Assembly (NCBI GenBank): GCA_965205975.1
Contig: OZ242195.1
Span: 1,632,001-1,696,000, forward strand
Length of the DNA stretch: 64,000 nucleotides
Source: Candidatus Latescibacterota bacterium
Lineage (GTDB): Bacteria > Latescibacterota > UBA2968
Direction of reading: 5' to 3'
Shown: one piece after another, positions 49,407 through 57,999 of the stretch
Layout of the letters: each line of letters starts with the position of its first letter
Numbering within the stretch: position 1 is the first letter of the stretch
Translations under genes and position numbers: made by a program
The notes under the pieces: model-generated
The model's input: only the letters and a program-made list of their open reading frames with translations
Told to the model about the DNA's origin: nothing
The model's database searches: none

Positions 49407-50141
49407 ATGCAGAAACTAACGCATCTATTATTTTTTACCTGTGTCTGTATGTCCTGCCTTGGTGGCTGTAGCTTACTCGACCGTCAACAAGGTCCCAAAT
49501 TGCTGGATTTGCGTACAGATCGCGGGTCTGACCCATCGGTGGGGCGCGGGCAGGAAGTGCAAATTACCATCGTGACGGATGATCCAGACAATGACGAGTT
49601 GGATTTTCGCTGGATTGCGACCGGAGGCGAATTTGAAGCCAGCCGTGCGGATACACTGATTGATCTGTTTCAAGATTCGGTAACAGTTGTATGGAAAGCA
49701 CCCATTGAACCCGGCGTTTATGAGTTATTTTTAGAATTGGGTGACGGCCAATCTGAGACACTGGTGACCTCAGGGATGCGTATTGCCGTAACACAAGCCC
49801 CTCCCATTGCTGTTGTCGGTCCAGATCGGGAATTGGATTTCCGCGATGAGTTGCGCGTGGTTTTAGATGGCACTGGTAGTTCGGATCCAGATCAAGATGC
49901 ACTGATGTATTTTTGGAAACAGACTGCCGGACCGCGTGTGGGATTGCAAAATAGCAGTGGACCATCGCCCGAGTTTCCTGTGCCTGCACCGGCGGATTAC
50001 ATTTTTGAATTGCGCGTGGCGGACTTGATACAAGGTGTGGGCGATACGAGCAATGTGGCAGTAACGCGTGTTCGCGTAACAGACCGCACTGGGCGCGTGA
50101 CCGAAACAGGCCTGGCTCGGTTATTGGAGCAAGGGCAGTAA
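49407..50141 (+). CDS. Lipoprotein with Ig-like/PKD domains
   Basis: Lipobox LGGC; DPDNDELDFRW; LDGTGSSDPDQDALMYFWKQTAGP. Confidence 0.75.
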   Translation: MQKLTHLLFFTCVCMSCLGGCSLLDRQQGPKLLDLRTDRGSDPSVGRGQEVQITIVTDDPDNDELDFRWIATGGEFEASRADTLIDLFQDSVTVVWKAPIEPGVYELFLELGDGQSETLVTSGMRIAVTQAPPIAVVGPDRELDFRDELRVVLDGTGSSDPDQDALMYFWKQTAGPRVGLQNSSGPSPEFPVPAPADYIFELRVADLIQGVGDTSNVAVTRVRVTDRTGRVTETGLARLLEQGQ

Positions 50142-50169
50142 AAGAAAGTGCGAGCCTCTACATAGGGAC

Positions 50170-50201
50170 AAAAAAGAGCAGGTAATTACCTGCTCTTTTT
50201 T
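50170..50201. terminator. Bidirectional terminator (perfect 32-bp palindrome)
   Basis: AAAAAAGAGCAGGTAATTACCTGCTCTTTTTT between convergent genes. Confidence 0.85.
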
Positions 50202-50202
50202 A

Positions 50203-52329
50203 TTAGAACAGGCGGAGTTGATCGCGTGCGACGGGTTGGATCAAGGGAAACAGGCGGCGAAATTCGCCATCGGGAAATAGAACGCGAAAACGCTCGGCCA
50301 TATCGTGCAATCGGCGCAGCAAGTAGCCCCGATCTTCGTCGTGAGTAAAAAATTCTGCGCGGGACAGGGAGCCATCCTGACACTGGTAAACCGCGATGCG
50401 CTCGCCAATGCGACAGCCTTCGGCAGCCCTGGCAAGCCGCCTTAGATTCGGGTTGGAAAAGGTTTTTTTCGTAATGCGCTCAAACCGACAAAAATCTTCG
50501 GGATCAATCTTGCCGTCTTGCAACTTGCGTCCAAGGGATAGATATGCGCGAGAAACGGCTTCTGTGTCGCCATCGATGAGCAAGGGTGCGAGCTGTGCAA
50601 TAAATTGGCGAAAAATGCGTTCATCGCGACGGCTTCGCAGGCTACTGCCCACAAGCGATATACCGCCATCGTAATCGACGAGAATATAATTTTTTGCCTT
50701 GAGACTGATCATCCCTTTAAAGCGACCATCGTGCGAAAGATGAATGCCACGGGGCAAAGTAGCTGAAATCTCTTCAATGAGCTGTTTCTCATCAACCTCT
50801 GTTTTGACATGCGGCGGCGCGACAAAATAAGCCCCATCGGTATCCACTTCTATAATTTCCCCACCGGCATCGCGCAACTCAGATACGAGTTGGCGGGCGA
50901 TTTGCTGCCCGATTACAGTAATTTTTTCCGCGGCGTGGTAGTCATTAAAACACGCGCGTCCGTATCCCAGGTATCCGTAAAAAGAATTGATGAGAATTTT
51001 GTAGCTGCTCTGCAACCCATTCCAGTATGCGCGATCAGTTTCGTCATGCGCGCTTTGATAATTGTTTTTTGCCTCAAGGCGTCGCTGCGTGAGATGTTCG
51101 AGCATGGGCAAAAAAGCATTTTCAGTGTCAGTCGCCGGGCGGATCTGTTGGGTTAACATAATCGATGGATAAAGACTTTCCACATCGGCTTTGACCACAC
51201 GCTTAAAAATGCCCGAAGCCACGAGTCGCGTATAGCCTCCGCTAAAGCCCTTTGAGGGACGCGGTTTGGGAATGGCGAGATTGCGCCGCAGATAAAGCCC
51301 AACCATCAGGGCGTTGATTTTCTCTCCTGGCCCGCTGAGTGCGGCGTCTTGAAAGCCATAAGGCAAGATCTGTGTCTGATAAAATTCGGTGGGAACAACC
51401 ACCTCGCTCAGTGCTTTGACATCGCGCACATCGTCGAGTGCGTAGTTGATGAGACGTTGCGGATTGGTGCGCCAGGTGCGGGCAATATCTTCCCCATCGA
51501 CAAACGTGCGCCCCGCCCGTTCAAGCCCGAGTGCATGGATGACCTGCTTGAGGCCATAGCGCTCCAGCTTACCCCCGGTATCATAACGCTGCACTTGCTG
51601 TAGAGTATCGATGATATGTCGCCCGTGAACATAAGCCGGGCGAAAACCCGGGATTTGTGCCCCAACTTTGAAGACGCGCTGCCCGTTTCCCGCGCGCAAT
51701 GCCGACCCGTCTCTCCCCCATGTGAGGGCAATACCATAGTGCTGGGCGCGCGCGACGAGATAGGGCAAGTCAAACTCAAAAATATTGTGGCCTTCAATCG
51801 TATCGGGGTTGCGCGCGTCAATCACTTTGTTGAGGTTGCGAAGCAGATCTGCCTCGCTCATATCCGTAGCACTCAGCACGGTTTCAAAGCCACGCGAATC
51901 GGAAATTGAGATGAGAATGATTTGTGCATCGGGTGCCTGGGGATCAAGCGTGAGGGTCTCGATATCGAGTTGCAATCGGTGGAGATCACCGTAGCGCATG
52001 CCGCGAAATAGAGTTTGGCCCGAAAGCGTCAGATGCTGCCGCACGGGATTATTGAAGTTAAAATGCGGTATGCCATCCTGGGCGAGGCGGTCGCGTGCGT
52101 TAAGAAAATGAGACCAGTTGTGAAAGTGTATCCGCGCGCGAAATTCGCCGCCGCCTTTTAGACGCATGCAATCTGAAACCCCTGAAAAGCCAGATCGAGC
52201 GAACTCTTCGGGTGTCTCAACGAGCAACCACGGGGAAAAGGGTTGCAGGTCACAATGATCGCGCGTGTAGAGCGCCATCTGATTCCCGCCGACGAGTTCG
52301 GCAGCGAGAACACCGGGGAGATAAGCCAT
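50203..52329 (-). CDS. polB: Family B DNA polymerase with 3'-5' exonuclease
   Basis: Exonuclease motifs LDIET, HNIFEFDLPYL, YALDD; polymerase motifs DVESLYPS, KILINSFYG, DTDG; ATG 52329 with GGAG RBS. Confidence 0.93.
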   Translation of the reverse strand: MAYLPGVLAAELVGGNQMALYTRDHCDLQPFSPWLLVETPEEFARSGFSGVSDCMRLKGGGEFRARIHFHNWSHFLNARDRLAQDGIPHFNFNNPVRQHLTLSGQTLFRGMRYGDLHRLQLDIETLTLDPQAPDAQIILISISDSRGFETVLSATDMSEADLLRNLNKVIDARNPDTIEGHNIFEFDLPYLVARAQHYGIALTWGRDGSALRAGNGQRVFKVGAQIPGFRPAYVHGRHIIDTLQQVQRYDTGGKLERYGLKQVIHALGLERAGRTFVDGEDIARTWRTNPQRLINYALDDVRDVKALSEVVVPTEFYQTQILPYGFQDAALSGPGEKINALMVGLYLRRNLAIPKPRPSKGFSGGYTRLVASGIFKRVVKADVESLYPSIMLTQQIRPATDTENAFLPMLEHLTQRRLEAKNNYQSAHDETDRAYWNGLQSSYKILINSFYGYLGYGRACFNDYHAAEKITVIGQQIARQLVSELRDAGGEIIEVDTDGAYFVAPPHVKTEVDEKQLIEEISATLPRGIHLSHDGRFKGMISLKAKNYILVDYDGGISLVGSSLRSRRDERIFRQFIAQLAPLLIDGDTEAVSRAYLSLGRKLQDGKIDPEDFCRFERITKKTFSNPNLRRLARAAEGCRIGERIAVYQCQDGSLSRAEFFTHDEDRGYLLRRLHDMAERFRVLFPDGEFRRLFPLIQPVARDQLRLF

Positions 52330-52538
52330 TGTGTTGCTCCAATTTGTTGCGGGAGAAGGGGAAAGCAACTTGTTTAAATATAGCCAATTTTTTCCTGCCT
52401 TGCAATGTGACGGGTTCGCAAACTACGAAGTCACGCATTTCTCAAGCCTTTTGATTGACGTATAAATCTGTAAAGGCTATGTTATATGGAACCTGGAAGA
52501 CGTGATTGCGTAAAAAGGTTCAGGAGAGGAGATTTATC

Positions 52539-55526
52539 ATGAATAACACACTGTTCAACATCGCGGTGATGTTTATTGCAGGAACAATGGCTATTGGCTG
52601 TACTGCTAATAACCAAACACCTGCTGATCACACCGTATTCGAGGGCGGCATTGCCATAACCGATACCAGTAAAGTGTCGCGCCAAATGCTTCCGTGGAAA
52701 ATGCGCGATGGGCGCTTGTGGTGGCATGGTAGCGATGGGCTTTATTTGCAAGATGGAGATATGTGGCAAAAATTCACATTGCCAGAAGGTGGTTCATTGA
52801 ATTACATCAATGCCTTTATGCAAGCACGCAATGGCTCAGTGTGGTTTGCTGGCTCGTATAAAGGTCGCCCGATTATCGCGAATTTTATTGGAAAAACCTG
52901 GCGTATATGGGATAGCAAAACGGGTTTGGGAAAACACGGAGTTGGATTTAAATTTGCCGAAGATCTGAACGGCGGTATATGGATACGCACGAGCAATAAA
53001 GATATTAAAGCTCGCGGTGGCGCTGATCGCGTCAAGGGTGGAAACGGGGTTTTGCACTTTGATGGCAAAACGTGGCACAACTATACTGTGGCAGATGGAT
53101 TGATTCACAATAGAGTTTACGATGTGGAAGCCGATCCCAATGGCGGGATGTGGATCGCAACCCTTCGCGGACTGAGCCATTACAAAGATGGCAAATGGAC
53201 ATCTCACCTTGTCGATAATATTCCCGTTGAAGAGATACGCAGCACCCATGTGTACGAGGGACGCAAAACCTATAAGCTATTTTACGATCAAAAAGGCACG
53301 CTTTGGGCCGTACATGGATCGGTTATTGGGCGCACCATAACGCGGTGCAGAGGAGGTATATCCAGCTTCGACGGCACAGCCTGGACACACTACGATGCAC
53401 ATGATGGACTGCCTATAAATGCGTCTCGAAATATCTGGCAAACAGAAAATGGCGATCTGTGGTTTGGTACACATCGAGATGATCAAACAGTGGTAGAAGC
53501 CAGAGGCTTGATGCGGTATAAAGATGGGATGTGGTTGCGATTGACGCGCAAACACGGTATTCCCCGCGATTCTGTATGGGGTCTGGTTGAAAAAGGCGAT
53601 GGGTCTTTTTATCTGGGTGTTTCTGGTATTGTATCTTATAAGCCACCTATCGATCATCTGACAACAATATCTGGTAAAGTGACCGACCAGCGCGATGGCC
53701 AACCCGTAGCAAATATGGGCATATGGGTTGAATACGACGATGGCGAGGTGCATGCCGGAACCATGACAGATGAAGATGGCCGCTATCGCGTCGAAGTCAC
53801 CCCGGGCGTATATCGCGTACGGATCGCGTCTAAGAATGCAACTGAACCCGCGACTGTTGACGCTGAATCTGATCGTGAAATTGACAATGTCGATCTGATC
53901 TTGCTCAACTCGCGCCGCGTATCAGGTTTCGTACGCGACACCTCTGATAATCCGATTGCCAATGCCGTTGTAGTGATTTCCGATGATACTTCAAATGATC
54001 GGCGATTGTCCCCTCAAGTTGTAACCACAGATGCCAATGGGAAGTTTGAAGGCTGGCAGGTCGCTGGCCCACAAGCTACTTTCGAGGTTACCGCAGAAGG
54101 ATATGCACAAACCGCGCTAACAGTTGAAAATGCAGCCACAGGCCTGATAGCAATTGCCCTAAAAGAAGGAATAACCTTACGCGGTCGCATTGTCGATGAA
54201 TCTGACCAACCCGTTGTCGAGGCGCGCGTAGCCCAGGGACGATCCCCGGTTCCCGGTGCTAAATATACAGCAGCACCTCCCCTTCCCTTTCACCGCAATA
54301 CCTATACCGATACATCGGGTTTATTTACCCTTCAGAATATAGATGCGTTCAAAGGTCATATATGGGTAACCCACCCCGAGATTGAAATCGCGAATCAAAA
54401 AATTGTACCTGTCGATAATACAATAAAACTCAAAATTGACGATGCAGGGCAGGCTGCGATGGACATAGATATCCCCGTGAAACGTATCCGTGTGTATTCT
54501 GTTGCAGGCGTGGTATCGCTAAATGAAGGTTCTATGGAAGGGCTGGAAATCACGGCTTTTTCATTTGAAAGATCAAGTGGTCCTATTTATCCGGAAACGG
54601 ACCATACAGATGCTAATGGTGCATATCGTTTAGACGATCTGGAGCCAGGGGAATATCATATTTCCGTGAGAGCGCCTGAAGAAATGGAAATAGACGGGCG
54701 CAAGATGACAATACATCGCCCAATTCAAGCTCAGACACTGGTCGTTGAAGATCGCGATGTGACGCTGAACTTTGAACCCCTGGGCGATGCGCGAATCACC
54801 GGTGTTGTAACTTACAACGACCAGCCTATTTCAGATGTTTATGTAAATACCCATATTGTAGCCGATAGCCCTGATAATTTTGTCGCACTAAGCGGTGCGA
54901 AAACGGATAAAGACGGGCGGTTTGAGTTGCGAGATCTACCTTCCGGACGGATTGCCATTTCTCTTCACAAAATGGACAACCCCGATTCTGGAGGAAAACG
55001 ATGGAGCAAAGTCGATACTATTGATCTGACAAATAAGAAAGAATTGAGTTATATGGCGACATTGGAAATGGAGGAACGCCCGACTTTGAGCGTGGGAGAT
55101 ATAGCCCCTGAATTTGAGGCTAAGCGACTAAATGGTTCAACCTTCCGACTCGCAGATTACCGGGGCAAAAAAGCCGTGTTGATCGACTTTTGGGCAACGT
55201 GGTGTCCTCCGTGCGTCGATGAAATTCCAGCAATTAAAAGCATTGCCGAAACCTATCGGGATCAGGGCCTGGAAGTCGTAGGCGTGAGTTTGGATCACGA
55301 TGAGCAAGCACTGCGAGATTTTGTAAAAGAAAAAAAGTTGAGCTATGTGCAGGTATTTGACGAAGAAAAGGCGCGGACAATAGCAAAATCCTACGGCGTA
55401 TGGGGCATCCCATCGGTATTTCTGGTAGATAAAAACGGCGTCCTCAACGCGCTGAAGCTGCGTGGTGATCGCACAGAAGCGGCTGTGAAGGCGTTATTGA
55501 CCAGTGGATCTATTTCGGCTAATTGA
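52539..55526 (+). CDS. Lipoprotein: beta-propeller + carboxypeptidase-regulatory-like repeats + TlpA/redoxin domain
   Basis: Lipobox AIGC; propeller repeats (D..GG.WI, FDG..W..Y...DGL); repeated ISG.V.D...P..TD..G.Y; LIDFWATWCPPC. Confidence 0.85.
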   Translation: MNNTLFNIAVMFIAGTMAIGCTANNQTPADHTVFEGGIAITDTSKVSRQMLPWKMRDGRLWWHGSDGLYLQDGDMWQKFTLPEGGSLNYINAFMQARNGSVWFAGSYKGRPIIANFIGKTWRIWDSKTGLGKHGVGFKFAEDLNGGIWIRTSNKDIKARGGADRVKGGNGVLHFDGKTWHNYTVADGLIHNRVYDVEADPNGGMWIATLRGLSHYKDGKWTSHLVDNIPVEEIRSTHVYEGRKTYKLFYDQKGTLWAVHGSVIGRTITRCRGGISSFDGTAWTHYDAHDGLPINASRNIWQTENGDLWFGTHRDDQTVVEARGLMRYKDGMWLRLTRKHGIPRDSVWGLVEKGDGSFYLGVSGIVSYKPPIDHLTTISGKVTDQRDGQPVANMGIWVEYDDGEVHAGTMTDEDGRYRVEVTPGVYRVRIASKNATEPATVDAESDREIDNVDLILLNSRRVSGFVRDTSDNPIANAVVVISDDTSNDRRLSPQVVTTDANGKFEGWQVAGPQATFEVTAEGYAQTALTVENAATGLIAIALKEGITLRGRIVDESDQPVVEARVAQGRSPVPGAKYTAAPPLPFHRNTYTDTSGLFTLQNIDAFKGHIWVTHPEIEIANQKIVPVDNTIKLKIDDAGQAAMDIDIPVKRIRVYSVAGVVSLNEGSMEGLEITAFSFERSSGPIYPETDHTDANGAYRLDDLEPGEYHISVRAPEEMEIDGRKMTIHRPIQAQTLVVEDRDVTLNFEPLGDARITGVVTYNDQPISDVYVNTHIVADSPDNFVALSGAKTDKDGRFELRDLPSGRIAISLHKMDNPDSGGKRWSKVDTIDLTNKKELSYMATLEMEERPTLSVGDIAPEFEAKRLNGSTFRLADYRGKKAVLIDFWATWCPPCVDEIPAIKSIAETYRDQGLEVVGVSLDHDEQALRDFVKEKKLSYVQVFDEEKARTIAKSYGVWGIPSVFLVDKNGVLNALKLRGDRTEAAVKALLTSGSISAN

Positions 55527-55587
55527 TCATATCAATCAAATTGTGACGTATGGTTTTCTACCATACTGAGCTTCTGATATGCGTCCC

Positions 55588-55624
55588 AAACCGCCCAGCA
55601 ACAACGGGCGGTTTATTTTTTTTT
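55588..55624 (+). terminator. Rho-independent terminator
   Basis: AAACCGCCC...GGGCGGTTT plus T-tract. Confidence 0.8.
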
Positions 55625-55651
55625 AACTTCAATCCCCTGTATAAAAAATAT

Positions 55652-55735
55652 TGCTAATTATTTCGCATTTTAGGCTTGACAACGAATTTTTAATCAGCTA
55701 TCTTTCTCAAAATTAATATGCTAATTATTTCGCAT
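55652..55735 (+). promoter_or_regulatory. blaI promoter flanked by two identical 17-bp operator-like sites
   Basis: TGCTAATTATTTCGCAT at 55652 and 55719; TTGACA (55676) - 17 bp - TATCTT (55699) lies between them. Confidence 0.75.
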
Positions 55736-55757
55736 AATAAATAAAAAGGAGCTAAAA

Positions 55758-56141
55758 ATGGCAAGACTGCGACAAGAGGGATTGACCACTCGCGAAATGG
55801 AACTCATACAGGTACTCTGGCAACAGAAAGAAGCAACCGTCGAGGTGATCCAGGCAAAATTACCCAACCGATTAGAAGGATCAACCATTCGCACACTCCT
55901 GCAAATCATGGAAGACAAAGACTATGTGACGCATGAAAAGCAAGGACGTGCCAATGTGTACCGCCCCATAATCGAACAACATCGGGTCCAATCCTCTGCA
56001 ATGAAACACATCATTCAAAAACTATTTGGCGGATCAACCGAACTCTTGTTGGCACGGCTGGTTGAAGACGAAGAGATAGACATGGACGACGTAGCGCGAT
56101 TGCGTGAAAAACTCAAGCGTCGCAAAGGAGGCACATCATGA
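55758..56141 (+). CDS. blaI: BlaI/MecI/CopY family transcriptional repressor
   Basis: LTTREMELIQVLW, STIRTLL..MEDK, GRANVYRP, KLFGGS. Confidence 0.92.
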   Translation: MARLRQEGLTTREMELIQVLWQQKEATVEVIQAKLPNRLEGSTIRTLLQIMEDKDYVTHEKQGRANVYRPIIEQHRVQSSAMKHIIQKLFGGSTELLLARLVEDEEIDMDDVARLREKLKRRKGGTS

Positions 56142-56491
56142 TCGGCACATTGGTCAATGTCCTGGACCCGATTGCCATCTTTCTCCTTGATGCGACTGTA
56201 AAGACCACGCTCTTTATGGGTCTTGTTCTACTTGCCGTATGGCTCCTAAGCACGCGCCAGGCAGCAAAGCGCAGTTTGCTTTTGAACTGGTGTCTTATTG
56301 GCGTACTCGTCATTCCCATCGCGTCTTTGTGTATGCCTTCACTGCGATTTCAATTTGATTCGCCATCGTCACCTTCGGAACCAGCAGTACCGCCCGCCGA
56401 ACGTGTTGTTGCGCCCGATACACCTCTGGCAAAATCCACACCTGCCCAGCAACAAAGGGTATCTACCAAAGGGAATTATATACTAAAGTGA
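56138..56491 (+). pseudogene. Truncated BlaR1/M56-family protein (N-terminal membrane part only)
   Basis: ATGA overlap with blaI; LLDATVKTT..AAKRSLL..LVIP then a Pro-rich linker; last codons and stop come from the inverted repeat at 56471; no HExxH. Confidence 0.7.
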
Positions 56492-56499
56492 CCAAATTT

Positions 56500-56535
56500 A
56501 GAAGGCGTGTGGTTTAGGTTCACACGTCTTTTTTC
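56500..56535 (+). terminator. Terminator just inside the left inverted repeat
   Basis: AGAAGGCGTGTG...CACACGTCTTTT plus T-tract. Confidence 0.6.
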
Positions 56536-56676
56536 TTTTCAGGGCTTTGATTGGAACGCTTGGAATACAATAAAACTGGTTGCCTGTCAAGTGTATTTTG
56601 TTATATTGTTGACAAGTTACGAGTTCTCTGTAATGCTCATTTGTTCAGCTTAAGATTATCGGTAAGGAAATAAGAT

Positions 56677-57069
56677 ATGGCTATCACAGAAGAAACGAAC
56701 CCAATAGACAAACGTCTTGACAAAGTAGAGAGTGCCTGTATTGAATTGAAGAATGGACAAACAGAGATAAAGGGGCGATTGGACAAAATAGACGGACGCT
56801 TAGAGGGGGTAGAGGGTACGTGTATTCGATTGCAAAAAGGCATTGCCGATTTACAGAGAGGGCAGGCAAGATTAGAAAAAGGACAAGAAAAGTTAGAAAA
56901 AGGACAAGTAGAAATAAATAAGCGTTTGGACGGAATGGATAAGAGATTTGACGGAATGGATAAGAGATTTGACAGAATGGATAAGAGATTTGACAGAATG
57001 GATAAAAGATTTGACAGAATGGAAAATGATATATCCGAGATAAAGGATTTACTCAAGAAATCTCGCTAA
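56677..57069 (+). CDS. Heptad-repeat coiled-coil protein (cassette passenger)
   Basis: AAGGA RBS, TTGACA upstream; DKRFDRM-type heptads; no recognisable catalytic domain. Confidence 0.75.
   Translation: MAITEETNPIDKRLDKVESACIELKNGQTEIKGRLDKIDGRLEGVEGTCIRLQKGIADLQRGQARLEKGQEKLEKGQVEINKRLDGMDKRFDGMDKRFDRMDKRFDRMDKRFDRMENDISEIKDLLKKSR
56917..57021 (+). repeat. In-frame 21-nt tandem repeat, 5 units
   Basis: GATAAGAGATTTGAC(G/A)GAATG units. Confidence 0.9.
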
Positions 57070-57155
57070 AAGCGACAAACAATGGGTAGGTAAATTGACC
57101 GATGGGACATGGGGATTATCTCTATGTCCCACCTGTTTTTTAGACGAGGTGTGTC

Positions 57156-57368
57156 ATGTTTAATGGCGTCATAAACTGTGTATTTCTCTTGCTGGTGTCT
57201 ATATCGGTGTCCCATGCCGACCATATCGCTCAGGGCGATTTTGACCAAGACGGCGATGTAGATTTCGCCGATTTTCTGGTCTTTGCAAACAACTTCAACA
57301 AGCCAATATCCGAACAGACGCTTGTTCAGCACAGCCCCGATACGGTAGTCGTCAGGGACTGGACTTGA
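57156..57368 (+). pseudogene. Truncated secreted protein with dockerin/EF-hand-like motif
   Basis: GAGG RBS, signal peptide ending SHA, GDFDQDGDVDFADFLVFANNF; cut at 57360 by an IS end. Confidence 0.65.
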
Positions 57369-57825
57369 CCCGTTTCGGTGGGTACCTTAAAGACCTGATG
57401 GATATGGGTATCCTTGTAGGTAAGAAGCGCGTAGCGCGTCTGATGCGTGAGATGGGCATTTGTGGCGTTTCTCGCCGCAAGAGCACGCAAACGACGCGTA
57501 AGGCGCAACGGTCTGATAAGGCTCCTGATCTGGTAAAGCGCGACTTTACTGTGCCAACGGTCAATAAACTCACTGTGGCTGACATCACTTATGTACCCAC
57601 TTGGTCGGGCTTCTTGTATCTATCTGTTGTCGTGGATGCCTTCTCCCGCCGCGTCGTGGGCTGGGCAATGGCAACACGCTTGCAAAGTGAGTTGGTCGTC
57701 TCAGCTTTAAATATGGCCCTGTACCAGCGCCGTCCCGAAGACGTGATCCACCACTCTGACCAGGGGGCACAATATACCTCGATAGCGTTTGGAAAGCGTT
57801 GCCGTGAAGCTGGCGTGCGTCCCTA
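57360..57825 (+). mobile_element. IS3-family remnant (terminal IR joined to an internal orfB fragment)
   Basis: TGGACTTGACCCGTTTCGGTGG resembles IS3-family ends; KRVARLMREMG, DLVKRDF, ADITYV, VVDAFSRRVVGW, HHSDQGAQY; orfA and the third catalytic residue are missing. Confidence 0.85.
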
Positions 57826-57851
57826 TGTTAAACGGCCAAGAATAATATAAC

Positions 57852-57875
57852 GGGCAGTGGCTTAAGCTACTGCCC
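57852..57875. terminator. Hairpin inside the cassette
   Basis: GGGCAGTGGC-ttaa-GCTACTGCCC. Confidence 0.5.
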
Positions 57876-57999
57876 CTAAACACACAATATTTCCCCTAAT
57901 CTTTCTACCAGTGCTTTTTCAATGTTCAACAGCCTTTCCTTGTCGCAGTTCTATCCAAAATCTTTATTCAAGTTTTGGTCACTTTAGTATATAATTCCC

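Larger units (their letters stand above)
56471..57999. mobile_element. Non-autonomous cassette with perfect 26-bp terminal inverted repeats (IS1595-family-like)
   Basis: GGGAATTATATACTAAAGTGACCAAA at 56471-56496 and its exact reverse complement at 57974-57999; host gene fragments stop and resume exactly at these ends. Confidence 0.85.

Noticed and set aside
50203..52329. Prophage, pipolin or casposon around polB
   Set aside because: No integrase, Cas1, capsid genes or terminal repeats; the flanks are cellular genes.
56917..57021. Possible CRISPR array
   Set aside because: Contiguous in-frame 21-nt units with no spacers and no cas genes. No CRISPR array was seen anywhere in the window.
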